Below are positions 38,446-50,608 of a DNA stretch of 64,000 nucleotides, piece after piece. This DNA comes from Octopus bimaculoides (lineage: Eukaryota): assembly GCF_001194135.2 (NCBI RefSeq), contig NC_068981.1:33712316-33776315 (forward strand), read 5' to 3'. The notes below the pieces were generated by a model. It was not told the DNA's origin, did no database searches, and was given only the letters and a program-made list of their open reading frames with translations. A program made the translations under genes and the position numbers. The first letter of the stretch is position 1, and every line of letters begins with the position of its first letter.

Positions 38446-39273
38446 AATTAACGGATGTGAATGTTCTCTAAAATCATTTCTAGATAAGAAATAAATCATA
38501 ATGAAATGTTGCTCTTTGGTCCCAAGTCAGTTTGGTCTTTGACTAAGCAGGTTTCTCATCAAAGGAATTCACCTTATCTCCATTCGGCATTTTTTTTTTC
38601 TCAGGAATAGTATACCCCAGATTACATTATCCAGTGTTTTTTTTTTTTTCTTTTAAAACAGTATGATGTGACATGAGGAAGATTTTGCTGCTATTTATAG
38701 CAAGTTGAACAACTATATAGAAGCTCCCTAGAGAACCCCTTGAGACTCCCTCTTTGGGAGTTTCTTTGTTTTATCTGTTGGTATTAAAAATAATATTCCA
38801 TCAGTCAGAAAGAAAAATACTGTAGGCAAACTCTGGTTAACTAAATATTACCATGGAGACATTCTAATTCACACATGTTTGTACAAAGTTTAATTTTGTT
38901 CTTGTCTGTTAATTCTAGTTTTTGTGGTCGAGAAGTACATGTTTCCACAGATATAATAGCAGTCAGTCTAGTGCCAGTAACTTTTACTTAAGAAAGGTTT
39001 TATTCCAGGCACTACTGAAATCACTGAAACAATCTTCAGTTTAACAGTGTTATCACTGCTTACGGTGGGGGCTGTTATGTCTGCACAGACATAAACTGGA
39101 TCATTGAAACCTAAATATCTTGGTCACAGATACAGCAAAGTATCGGTGATGAAATGATATGAGCTGTTGACTACATTCTTGGTTATTGCCATTTTCTACT
39201 CTCTATTTCTTAAAGAAATTCCTGTTTTATATCTATTGAAGATTATATATAATTTTTCTTCTTTTCATCTTAG

Positions 39274-39342
39274 GGTCCTGAACTCATGAAAAAAGCAGGT
39301 GGCCTTCATGAATTTATGAGCTGGGACAGGAATTTATTAACT
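39274..39342 (+). CDS. QTRT1: QTRT1 exon 2 ([23 protein letters not shown])
   Basis: Pyrimidine tract + TAG acceptor, ACT|GTAAGT donor, 69 nt, matches TGT GLH.FM.W...LLT. Confidence 0.96.
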
Positions 39343-40454
39343 GTAAGTGATTTTTATTGGTATTGATTACATTTGTACTCTTCGTTAGTTTTACCAATTT
39401 AAGCTTTTAAATAAATGTGTTGTTGAGTAGATGAGGTTGTAGTGATTGTGTCAAAATCTTGATATTTTAGGAAGAACATACTAAGATTGTTCTCTGTTGT
39501 TTATCCCAAGCTCATAAAAAGACTTGGATTCAGTTCTGCAAAGTAACAAAATACTTATAACGTACTGAAGGTATCAACTGGTATCAGGTCACTCTTCACT
39601 GCTACTGGTAACATGTAACCCAGTACAACCTGTCACATGGTCAAGTCATTGGCAACTAACATGGCCATAGTCCAAAAACTGAAACAAGTAAAAGATAAAA
39701 GAAGATGATAACATTGATTATGCTCCCACTACTTATAGCTGCTTCTTTTGTTGTTGCTGGGAAAAGCTGGTCACTGTTGCTTGAAAAGGGTTAAGATTTT
39801 TTTTTTAAATGTAATTCTTTATGACTTAGATGTAAAAAAAAAAATGCCTGCAGAGCTGGTAAGAAGAAGAAATTTATCCTTGCAACACAGTGGTCTCATA
39901 AAAGGCATCCAAAGACCATGTGATTGTGTTAAACCTGGTGCTGGGTTAAGTCTATAACTGACTGAAAGATGCATTTAATTGGTGTTTCCTGATGAGTCTT
40001 TCTAATTTTTACAGCCTCCATCTTATTTTAAGATTTTACTATGTGTGTTAGGTTTAGAGCAGGTACATTGTACCTACGTATTGTAAGAGCTAATTAAATG
40101 ATTCGGCAATTGCCTCAGAAAAACTATCCAATTCATACCAGATCTAGAATGATAATGTTATTTACCGTCTTAAGATTCAAGGGCTTAAATTGTGTGAATA
40201 GGGAGTTCATTGAGGGAAATCTGGCTAATGTATTGAACAGGTCAAATAACCACCGAGATGTTTTACTCCACTTCTGATGAAGTAAGTTGGACCATGATGG
40301 CATGATTACAGTACAGAACCAGTGACAAGATGCCTGCCATTTACCTTTAAACTCCATTGTTGTTATAATGTGCATTTATTGTAAATTTAAATAACTTGAA
40401 TAAAAATGGTATAACTTCTTTCTGACATTTATCATATTGTTTACATCTGTTTAG

Positions 40455-40593
40455 GACAGTGGTGGCTTTCAGATGGTATCTCTACTAAAGTTAGCCAAAA
40501 TTACTGAAGAAGGAGTAGAATTTCAATCACCTCATGATGAAACTATGATGCTATTAACTCCAGAGAAATCAATTGAAATTCAGAATGCACTTG
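40455..40593 (+). CDS. QTRT1: QTRT1 exon 3 ([10 protein letters not shown]...EIQNALG)
   Basis: Catalytic DSGGFQ motif; TTAG acceptor, G|GTAAAA donor, 139 nt. Confidence 0.97.
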
Positions 40594-42694
40594 GTAAAAA
40601 CAGTTTTATAAAAACTTTAGCTTTTACTAGCAATTCATTTACATTGTGGTTGTGTACTTTTAGAAGTGGCTCCTTTATTTTAGCTTTTGTATTATTCTTT
40701 TTTTTTTTCTATATTTTCACTCATATTTCATAAATGACTAAGTACTGGCTTGGATGTGTGATTAAGAAGCTCACTTTGCAACCATGTGGTTTTAAGTTCA
40801 GTCCCACTGCATGGCATCTTGGGCAAGTGTCTCCGACTTTAGTTCTAAGCTAACCAATGCCTTGTGAGTAGATTTGGTAGACAGAAACCACATAGAAGCC
40901 TATTGTGTGTGTGTATACACACACACACATACACACACACACACATATATGCAAATTGTAGTTGTGGTCGATGCCAGTGCCACCTGACTGGCTCCTGTGC
41001 CAGTGGCACATAAAAAGCAACTAATACACTCTCGGAGTGGTTGGCGTTAGGAAAGGTATCCAGCTGTAGAAACCTTGCCAGATCAGATCAGAGCCTGGTG
41101 TAACCACCTGGTTCACCAGTCCTCAGTCAAACCGTCCAACCCATGCCAGTATGGAAAATGGACGTTAAACGATGATGATGATATGTACATCTTGTATGTG
41201 TGTGTGTGTGTGTGTGTGATTGTATTTGTGTCTGTATTTGCCTCATCCTACCACCTGACAATTGATGTTGGTTAGGTTACATCCCAATATTCTAGCAGTT
41301 TTTGTCAGTAATAAGGTCAATTTATTCAAATAAAATCCTCTAAATCAATGCCCTAACATGGTTACAGTCCACTGACTGAGACAACTAAAAGACAAAAAAT
41401 ATAAATATAAAAATATAAATATAACAAAAATTTCAGCAAATTTGAGTAAGTGGAACAAATGATTTTTTACACATAGTCTCATTGCTTATAACATTACTAG
41501 TGGCTCAGAGTTATTTAGGTCAGTGATTTTCAATCTTTTTTTTTTTTTTCTCCCTTATGCTTCTAGCGAGATATTTTATTATAAATACTCACAACAATTC
41601 TGTGCTGAAGCAAGAACAAAATTTTGTCTAGGCATAAGTTTATACTATTAACACCAACATTGCTATTAAACCAAATGTACCACACCCTAAATTTTGATTT
41701 CTTTGTGGCTGCTATTTCATTTCACATATATTATGTAAATATTAATTTTGTCACATACATTATTCTGTCTAGTTTTTCCTTCTCTATAATAAGTCAATGT
41801 TAAATGTTTAAACACATTTTTCTATGCATAGACATGGCTGTTTGGCTAAGAAGCTCATGTTGCATCCAGGTTTCAGGTTCAGTCCCACTACACAGCACTT
41901 TGGACAAATGTTTTTTTAGTTTAGCCCTGGACCAACAAATGCTTTGTGAGTGAATTTTTGGTAGATGGAAACTGTGAGGAAGCTTGTCATACATGTATGT
42001 ATATATATATATATATATATATCATCATTGTCGTTGTCATTTAATGTCCGCTTTCCATGCTGGCATGAGTTGGACGGTTTGATTGAGGACTGGCAAGCCA
42101 GGAGGCTGCACTAGGTTCCACTCTGATTTGGCAAGGTTTCTACAGCTGGATGCCCTTCCTAATTCCAACCACTCTGAGAGTGTAGTTCTCAGGGATATTT
42201 AGCACAACACACAATGTGACAAGGCTGGCCCTTTGAATTACAAGTACAACTCATTTTTGCCAACTGAGTGAACTGGAGTAACAAGAAATAAAGTGTCTTG
42301 CTCAAGGACACAATGCACTGCTGGGAATCGAACTCATGACCTTATTATAGTGAACTGAATACTCTTAACCACTGAGCCTTGACAGTTCTGTTTCTGTTTT
42401 TTTTTTGTTTTTTTTCTGTGCATAGCATACCTGGAACTACACTAATCAGTGTATCCTCCCTTTTTTTTTTTTTTTTTTCAAGATGAAAAAGTACAATATG
42501 AGGGATGTTTAACTGTTGTTTCTGGCAGGGTTAGCAACTGTATAAAGACATCCTCATTGGGTCATGGAGAGCACTGTCACTGTAATATCAGCTTCAACAG
42601 CAAAAACTTTTAGGCCACTTAATCAGAAAACTCAACATATTACCTGTTCATATCTCCTAAAACGATTGTTTCTTATTTGTGTTTATTCTTATAG

Positions 42695-42773
42695 GGGCTG
42701 ACATTATAATGCAATTAGATGATGTTGTATCCAGCTTGGTAAGTGGGCCAAGAGTAGAAGAAGCCATGCATAG
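42695..42773 (+). CDS. QTRT1: QTRT1 exon 4 ([26 protein letters not shown])
   Basis: DIIMQLDD motif; ATAG acceptor, AG|GTATAA donor, 79 nt, phases 1/2 fit neighbours. Confidence 0.96.
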
Positions 42774-43344
42774 GTATAATCTTTGTTATTCTAATTGTCT
42801 TTATTCCTTAATCCATTACCTCCCATAATTCTATTAACTGGAATTTTTTTTATGAAACTTTGATTTCTAGCATAAAACAGCCTTAGAAACATGCTGGAAT
42901 GATCAAAATAACATTTCAAAATAACATTTTAAATAGAAATATGCGAGATATTGGGTGAAAAATTAGCAAACCTCATTTGAATATCAGAGAAATATACTTT
43001 GTAGATATAGCAAAAAGGTTAGATATGTGTAAATATTGACAGATAATTACAGAATTTGTAATTTTTAAGTGATCTCATATGAGATCACTGGTAGGTAATG
43101 GGTTAATCTAATCAGTCTATTTGTTACTGCTATGAGGCTAAGGTTTTGAGCTACAGACTTAGATGGTTAAGAGCTTAGTTAAAGTTAGATTACACTATTG
43201 TGTTATTGTTTAACCCCAGGTCAACTTAAGCTTGTACAGACTTAGGATCAAAGACATTCCTGCCATGACCATCTCATTTTTTTTTTCCTTGTGGAGATGT
43301 AGTTAGGGGTGTATCTAATGTGTGTCCTTACCTTTTTAAGATCA

Positions 43345-43720
43345 TCATTATCATCATCATCGTTTAACGTCCGCTTTCCATGCTAGCATGGGTTGGACGA
43401 TTTGACTGAGGACTGGTGAAACCAGATGGCAACACCAGGCTCCAATCTAATTTGGCAGAGTTTCTACAGCTGGATGCCCTTCCTAACGCCAACCACTCAG
43501 AGAGTGTAGTGGGTGCTTTTACGTGTCACCCGCACGAAGGCCAGTCAGGTGGTACTGGCAATGGCCACGCTCAAAATGGTGTCTTATATGTGCCACCTGC
43601 ACAAGAGCCAGTCCAGGGGCACTGGCAACGATCTCACTTGGCTTGCCGGGTCTTCTCACCCACAGCACATTTCCAAAGGTCTTGGTCAGTAGTCATCGCC
43701 TCGGTGAGGCCCAATGTTTG
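43345..43720 (-). mobile_element. RTE-related short repeat, reverse orientation
   Basis: (CAT)n then CGTTTAACGTCCGCTTTCCATGCTAGCATGGG; other - copies near 42020-42185, 44215-44400, 52895-53130, 53435-53800, 55455-55730, 58175-58620, 60925-61260. Confidence 0.88.
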
Positions 43721-45069
43721 GAATATAATCTGCAGGAGATTTGGTTGTTATTTCTAGCGGGTTGTTTGACCTCACAGAGGCTCTCTCTCTTTGGCTCATT
43801 GTATTTTATATTTAGGTAACACATGCAATTCTAAGTCCACCAAATAAGTAAGAGTGAAACCTGTTGTAAAGTACTTTTCTTAATCCACTGTTAAATGATC
43901 AACAGCGTTGAAAGAATTTCCAAAGAATCGTTCCAAAACTGTAAAAATGTTGAAATATAGAAAAGAAAACTCCTTTCATTTTTGCTGACAGAAATGGATA
44001 CAACTTTATTTTGTTGCAATTCATATATAAAGTTTGAGTCAGTTTGTGTATTTGAACCAAAAAGTTTTGTAAAGGGACATATAGACATACAAATATTTCT
44101 TGCTTTCAACTTTTTGACTTATTCAATTATTAATATATTGCAATGTATTAGAGGGCATGTTTATAGACTTTTAGCCAACACTATGTTATAATGAATGTAA
44201 AGAGTACATATCATCTCCATCATCATTATCAGTATTTAACATATGTTTTCCACACTACCAAGGGCTGGACAGTTTGACCGGAGCTGGTAAGGTCAGGGGC
44301 CACACCAGGCTCCATTGTCTGTTTTGGCATGGTTTCTATGGCTGGATGAATGTACTAGGTGCTTTTTATTTGGCACCAGCATTAATATCAATTCAGCTGT
44401 GGTGGACAGGTCTTCCTAAGTACAGCAAGGCACCAGATATCTTGGTCCTTTGTCATCTTTTTTTGTAAGGCTTGGTGTCTTAAGATTGGCCTTCAGTACT
44501 TTGTCCTATGTCTTCTTGGGTTTCCCTCTTCTATAAGTTCCATCCACTTTAAGTGATCAGTCCTTCTGTATGCAACTGTCTACATCCATATGCATAACAT
44601 GACCAAAGCAGCATGGTTTTCTCACCATCCGTTACATGCTGTAAAGTGGCTGGATTTAGAAAAGGCATCCAACTGAAGAACCATGCCCGAGCTGAGACTG
44701 GAGCACAATATACTTCTTGAGACCTTTGGATTCTGTCAAAGAATTCAACCTTTCCTGTTGTTTCCAGTCTCCATGAAAAACATGTCTGGTCATAAGAAAC
44801 TTTTACCTTGCTTGGAAACTGATGATGATTGGCAGCATGAAGGGTATCAGGCCATAGGAAATCTGCTTCAACAAATTCCATCTGACCCATGTAAGCATGG
44901 GAAAATATACATTAAAACTAAGGTGACTGGCCATAGAGAATTATGTATTCCTATTCAGAGTCTAAAATTACCTGCAGAAAGGATATAAAGCCTTATAACT
45001 TGGGAAATGATAGCCCAGTCATTTATTTCTTCTGTAAACTAATAATTTGATAATTTTTTTTCATTGCAG

Positions 45070-45185
45070 AACAGTTCGTTGGCTTGACCGGTGTCTCAAA
45101 GCTCACAGCCGACCACATGACCAAAATCTTTTTCCAATAGTTCAAGGTGGACTCAATGCCAATCTTCGACGTCAGTGTGCTGAAG
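45070..45185 (+). CDS. QTRT1: QTRT1 exon 5 (TVRWLDRC...[16 protein letters not shown])
   Basis: RWLDRC and [10 protein letters not shown] motifs; TGCAG acceptor, G|GTAGAG donor, 116 nt. Confidence 0.96.
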
Positions 45186-46309
45186 GTAGAGTGCATAATT
45201 TGTTTTCTGTTATTCTTTTACTGATTTTAGTTGTTGGAATCAGGCCATTCTTCAAAAGTATTGTCAATTGTGTCAAAAACAATATTTGATAATGCCACCA
45301 AGGATGATTGGGAAAGGTAAAGTCAACCTCAGTGAAATTTGAATTCAGAATGTAACCAAACAATACCACAATATATTTTGTCTGATGCTCTACTAATTCT
45401 ACCATGTTTGCTGAGTTTGTTTCTTTGTTTATATATAAAGTCTTTGTGTAATGTTTAGAGCAAGCATTACCATATTTCTCTTGAAATACTCTGCTTTATT
45501 TTAAAAATAATGAAGAATTTAGTAAAATAAAAGTGTCCTTATTAAGCTAGTATTTGGAACTAATATTCAGTTAATAATTAAAATATTTCTTTTTGACCAA
45601 AGTTGGTCATTTAGATATTGAGTCTTATCATCATGATTGTTGTTAACCAATAAAAATGTCTTAGCTTACTGCATCGAATATGTCAGTGCTCACTTTTACT
45701 ATAGTTTAAATTAGTTAACATTTGTTTTTAAATATTGCATTGTTAGTTACTGGTTACCAGTTGGCCAATCTGTATTTCTGTGAGAAAGAATCACAAGGGA
45801 GTGTCTGTAACTAGTTTTAGAACAAATATGTCAAAGGATTCCATTCAAAAAGCATCAGTTTGTCAGTTTTCCAACCAATGTTTGTGTCCTTTCACAATAT
45901 ACATCAACAAAAGATCCCTCGCTCTTTTTCTCCTGCTCTCTCATGTGGGCTTCCACATAGTTCCTGTGTACCAAATTCTACTCAAAAATTATTGATCAGT
46001 CATCTAACATGATGGTGCGAGACACTTGCTCAGGGTGCTATGTAGTGGGACTGAACCTAAAGCACATGGTTGTAAAGAAAACTTCTTAACCCCACAGCTC
46101 TATCTGCACCCGTATTTACTGCTAGAAACATTAAAAAGCAAAACAGCAATAATTATGCAGTGAGGGGAAACTATCATATGAGTGTGGTTAAAGAGCTTGC
46201 TTTGCAACCACATGCTTTTGGGTTCAGTTTCACTGCAGGACACCTTGAGCAAGTGTCTTCTACTATAACCCTGAGCCAACAAAAGCCTTGTGAATAGACT
46301 GGGTAGATC

Positions 46310-46690
46310 TGAGGACATGCATAGGCTTGAAAGAAATGAAGCTAGCATGCTTCGCTGGATGTGCAGTGTCAGTGTACATGTACAACAGAGTAAGTTTTCT
46401 TGAGAGAAAAGTTGGGCATAAGAAGCATCAGATGTGCTGTGCAAGAGAGACGACAATGCTGGTATGGTCATGTGATGCATATAGACAAGGACAGCTCTGT
46501 AAAGAAGTGCTGATCTCTAACTGCAGAGGGAAACTGTGGAACAGGTAGACCCAGGAAGACATGGGGCAAGGTGGTGAAGCATGATCATTGAATGTTGGGC
46601 CTCATGGAAGCAATGATTAGTGACCAAGACCTTTGGTGATATGCCGTGCTTGAGAAGACCTGTCAAGCAAAGTGAAATCGTAGTTGTCAA
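46310..46690 (+). mobile_element. Decayed RTE LINE 3' fragment
   Basis: Remnants of LREKL.I..IRC, GRPRKTW..VVKHD, followed by GCTGTGCTTGAGAAGACC-type 3' UTR. Confidence 0.75.
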
Positions 46691-46724
46691 GCCTTCATCA
46701 GGTGTCGTGGGGAAATTTCGAACT

Positions 46725-46990
46725 TGGCATAGTGGTTAAGAGTGCGAGCTACTAACCTCAAGATTCTGAGTTCAATTCCAAGCAGTGACCTGAATAATAC
46801 TAATAATAATAATAATAATATCAAAAAATACCTTAGGAATGAGAACCCAGGTTTGAAATTTCCTCAAGACACCTGATGAAGGCTGGAGGGTATATCAGCC
46901 GAAACGTGTTAGCAACAAACAAGATGAGGACAAATATCTGTCAAATATAAATAATGTAAGTAATTCCTCATCTCTTAAATATAGAACTGT
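46725..46990 (+). mobile_element. Composite element: tRNA-like head + (TAA)n + hammerhead-like Penelope-type end
   Basis: TAGTGGTTAAG (A box), GAGTTCAATTCC (B box); ACAC-CTGATGA-A-GGCTG-loop-CAGCC-GAAAC-GTGT at 46869-46909. Confidence 0.65.
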
Positions 46991-47042
46991 AAAACCAATG
47001 GATATTTAGCTTTTTTATTGAATAACTTTTCAATATTTTTAG

Positions 47043-47181
47043 AATTGATAAAAAGGGATGTTCCTGGCTTTGCCATTGGGGGATTAAGTGGAGGAGAAGA
47101 AAAACATGCTTTCTGGAAGATGGTTACCTTATCCACAGATGTTTTACCAAAGGGAAAACCAAGGTACCTTATGGGTGTTGG
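47043..47181 (+). CDS. QTRT1: QTRT1 exon 6 ([18 protein letters not shown]...PRYLMGVG)
   Basis: [11 protein letters not shown] and KPRYLMGVG motifs; TTTAG acceptor, GG|GTAAGT donor, 139 nt. Confidence 0.97.
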
Positions 47182-48307
47182 GTAAGTTCCTTTTAGATTA
47201 TTCATTTATTGTTGTTTTTGTTTGTGACTGTTCCTGGTTGTATAAAACAAACTTCCTGTTTAAACTGATCTAACTGTGATATCACATACATAATTTCTTA
47301 AAACATTTGCTTCCTTTTTGTGGTCACAAAATACTTCAGTTCTCCTCTGTGTTGAATCCTCTAGGATTCCCTTCCCAACCATGCTTTTTCTACAAATGTC
47401 AGTTCTTAAAAAAATTCAGTTGACAATCAACTGCATTGATCTCACCAGTCTGGAATGTGCAGGGGTTGGACAAAACAGTGGAAACACCTAGCATCATAGT
47501 ATCATAATTTTGAAATATATATATAAAACCGTCAAAAAACTTTGTACGAGTCCATACCTCATAGAAGTCAAGCTATAATTACAGCCAAAGATGGTTCTGC
47601 TCCATATTAAAATAAATTTGATTGAAATTTGAAGGTGTTTCCATTATTTTGTCCAACCTCTGTATTTGTAACCATGGATACTATGACTATTTAATAAAAA
47701 GAATAATCTATATATGTCCTGTTATTGTTTAACCCTTTTGTTACTTTATTTCTGTAGCAATATACTGGCATCATTTCAAATATTTTTTAGAATAAAGAAG
47801 AATTCAGTAAAATAATTTGCCATTATAAACTGGTTCTTTGGAATGTAAGTCAACATGAAGTTTGATGGAGAGTTTTGATTTAGGTTTTTTAACCCTTTAG
47901 CATTTAAACTGGCCAAATCTGACCAAAATATTTTACCTGTTTTATCTTTACGCTATTGATATTTGGCCTCTAACAACTGCCCTATGATGTCATTCTAAAA
48001 ATATACTATCACATCATTGAAATCTGACAGCTACAAGATATGCATGATTATGCCAACATAGAAGGCAGATGTTAAACGATGGTAATGAATGTGAATAAAT
48101 AAACATTAAATTTGACTGAGTAATCTGAACGCCAAAGGATCAAAACAAGAAGCTTGTATTATAGAACTAGGAGCAGTTTCAGGCAGATTGATATCAAAAG
48201 GATTAAACCATTATTTTTCTTGAAAGTAAAATAAAATAAAAAAAACCTTTACAATATATGTATTATTGGTATTAAATCCATAATTGTAAGTTGTATCTTT
48301 TCTTTAG

Positions 48308-48383
48308 ATTTCCTGAAGATTTAGTGGTGTGTGCTGCTCTTGGATGTGACATGTTTGATTGTGTTTTCCCAACACGGACAGCA
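48308..48383 (+). CDS. QTRT1: QTRT1 exon 7 ([25 protein letters not shown])
   Basis: Catalytic DMFDC motif; TTTAG acceptor, GCA|GTAAGT donor, 76 nt. Confidence 0.97.
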
Positions 48384-48643
48384 GTAAGTTAATGTTTTAC
48401 TTTATTCCTTTCATTCTTACCCATGATGCAAGTATATTTTAAACCAGGTTTCCTCTTTGAGGACATCCTAAATGATGTTTCCTCTCCCCTCTCTTCACCA
48501 GTCTCAGATCCCTGCAAAAAACATCACAGATGTTGCTCTATATCCATTGACCAAAACCATAAATGATTATAATTTTCTCCATAGCACAACATTAAAGAAA
48601 TTAACCAAATTTAGCATATGCCTTTTTTATCATCATCGTTTAA

Positions 48644-48855
48644 CGTCCACTTTCCATGCTAGCATGGGTTGGACGATTTGATTGAGTACTGGCGAACCGG
48701 ATGGCTGCACCAGGCTCCAATCTGATCTGGTAGTTTCTACAGCTGGATGCCCTTCTGTAGAAACTCTGCCAGATCAGATTGGAGCCTGGTGCAGCCATCC
48801 GGTTTGCCAGTCCTCAGTCAAATCATCCAACCTATGCTAGCATGGAAAGCGGACG
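48644..48855. repeat. Fold-back of the RTE-related repeat, about 100-nt arms and 12-nt loop
   Basis: 48644-48742 pairs with 48755-48855 with a few mismatches. Confidence 0.88.
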
Positions 48856-49697
48856 ATGATGTTGATATATCTTTACAATTGCTTAGTAAAAATATTGTGC
48901 TCTAGAGCCAAATGTGTGCTTTTAGGGCAGCGTTTCTCAACCATTTTTTTTTACTTGTGGATCCCTTTGTTTCCTATCTTATTCAGATGGACCCTTCTAA
49001 CCATTCAATGTAAAAAAAACTCCTATTTTTATAATTAAATATTGTTAGGAATTGTCTAAAAACAATCGTGAGAATATTTTGTGTATTGTAGAAGTATAAC
49101 CTATTACATGTAAATTTCAACAAAATCTTATATGAACCCTGGTTGAGAACCATTGTTCTTGGGAATCGAACCCATCACATGATGTTTCCATTATGCCTTA
49201 TTGCTTTAGGGAAAGAGGAACAACACTTTTTGTATGTCTGATCCTCCAAAATACAAGGCTTTTGTGTTTCATCAAAAATGAAATTAATATCTGTTTATTG
49301 AAATGTTGCTGCACACTAAAAACTTTAATTTCAAATTGTGTGCTTCAAGCAATTCCAACTGTGGAAGGGAAGTTCTAGTTTTTGTTAATTTTTATCAATA
49401 GGAGTTTAATTCATTGCAAGTTAATGAAACATTTGTTAATTATACATATTTGAACTGTGCAGTCTATGACATCATCCACTGTTACATGGATTGGATCACT
49501 CTGTTATAGACATATTGGTAAAAGTATGAACAGCACCACAACCTATCATCTAGCTGCAATTTTGTTTAATTTATCAGGTTTTAACAGGAAATGATTCTCC
49601 CACTAAAGATACATATGTATTTCTAATATTTTCTTAATAAAATTATATTTTATACAAAGTTTTCTATGAAATCTATTCATGATTTTTACACTTTTAG

Positions 49698-49898
49698 CGT
49701 TTCGGTACTGCACTGGTGCCAACTGGCCAGTTAAATTTGAAGAATAACAAGTTTGCCACAGATTTCCGTCCAATTGATGAAAACTGTCCATGCAGCACCT
49801 GTAATGAATATAAATACACTCGGGCTTATTTACACACTATAGTTACTTATGAATCGGTTGCATGTCAGCTTTTAACAATACATAACATTGCATATCAG
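49698..49898 (+). CDS. QTRT1: QTRT1 exon 8 (RFGTALVPTG...CPCSTC...TIHNIAYQ)
   Basis: Zn-binding C-x-C-x2-C...H; TTTAG acceptor, CAG|GTATGT donor, 201 nt. Confidence 0.97.
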
Positions 49899-50452
49899 GT
49901 ATGTTGGTTCAATGTATTTTTTAAAATTTAAAATTCTTAAATTTGTATTATTTGTTCTTATTAAGCCCTTCATTTCCTATTGGAGTATAGACTAATAACT
50001 TCTCTTCACTGTTCTCAACTCTGGGTTGTCTCTTCTACTTCTCTTTAGTCAGATTCCTGCTTTGTGGCTTTGCAGCTTCTTGTAGGAAGGCTGTCCTCTC
50101 CCAGATCTTGTTGGTTTTGAACTGTCTTCAATTCTCCTGTAATGTTGCTTCTTCCTTTATATGGGTGTTGGCCGTATATAAACCTATTTTTACTTCTGGG
50201 AAGAGGAGGTGCTCCATATTAGTCTAGCCTCTATCCTTTGACCTGTCCGGCAAAGGGAAATCCCTACCAAGTGCTTGCACTCCTGGAAAAGTTCCCAGGA
50301 TCATTGAGACACACAAGCCATTACATCACCACAAAGACTGGACCTTTTGATGTATTATTTGATCTATATCACTTAAAATATTTTTAAAACTTCTAATTTA
50401 GTAAATTGCTGTGAAATGTTAATCTTTTAAATTAAATATTTATCTTTTCCAG

Positions 50453-50608
50453 TTAAATCTGATGCTGTCGATACACAAAAGTATTAAACAAGATAAATTT
50501 CCAGAATTCATCAAAGACTTTTTTAAGAAATTATATCCTGGAGAAAATTACCCTAAATGGGCTGAAGAAAGTCTTTCAAGTGTTAATGTACATCTCAGGG
50601 AACGTTGA
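50453..50608 (+). CDS. QTRT1: QTRT1 exon 9, terminal (LNLMLSIHKSIKQDKFPEFIKDFF...LRER*)
   Basis: TTTTCCAG acceptor; fits the QTRT1 C-terminal pattern L.LM...R.SI...FP.F...F; TGA at 50606-50608. Confidence 0.94.
   Translation, partial: LNLMLSIHKSIKQDKFPEFIKDFFKKLYPGENYPKWAEESLSSVNVHLRER

Larger units (their letters stand above)
23480..50608 (+). other. QTRT1: QTRT1 gene span, 9 coding exons, 1218 nt CDS, 405 aa
   Basis: Exon lengths 243+69+139+79+116+139+76+201+156=1218 join in one frame with GT-AG introns. TGT motifs [55 protein letters not shown] and Zn site CPCSTC..H. DDVV and GGLSGG match the eukaryotic queuine-inserting type rather than bacterial TGT. Confidence 0.97.
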
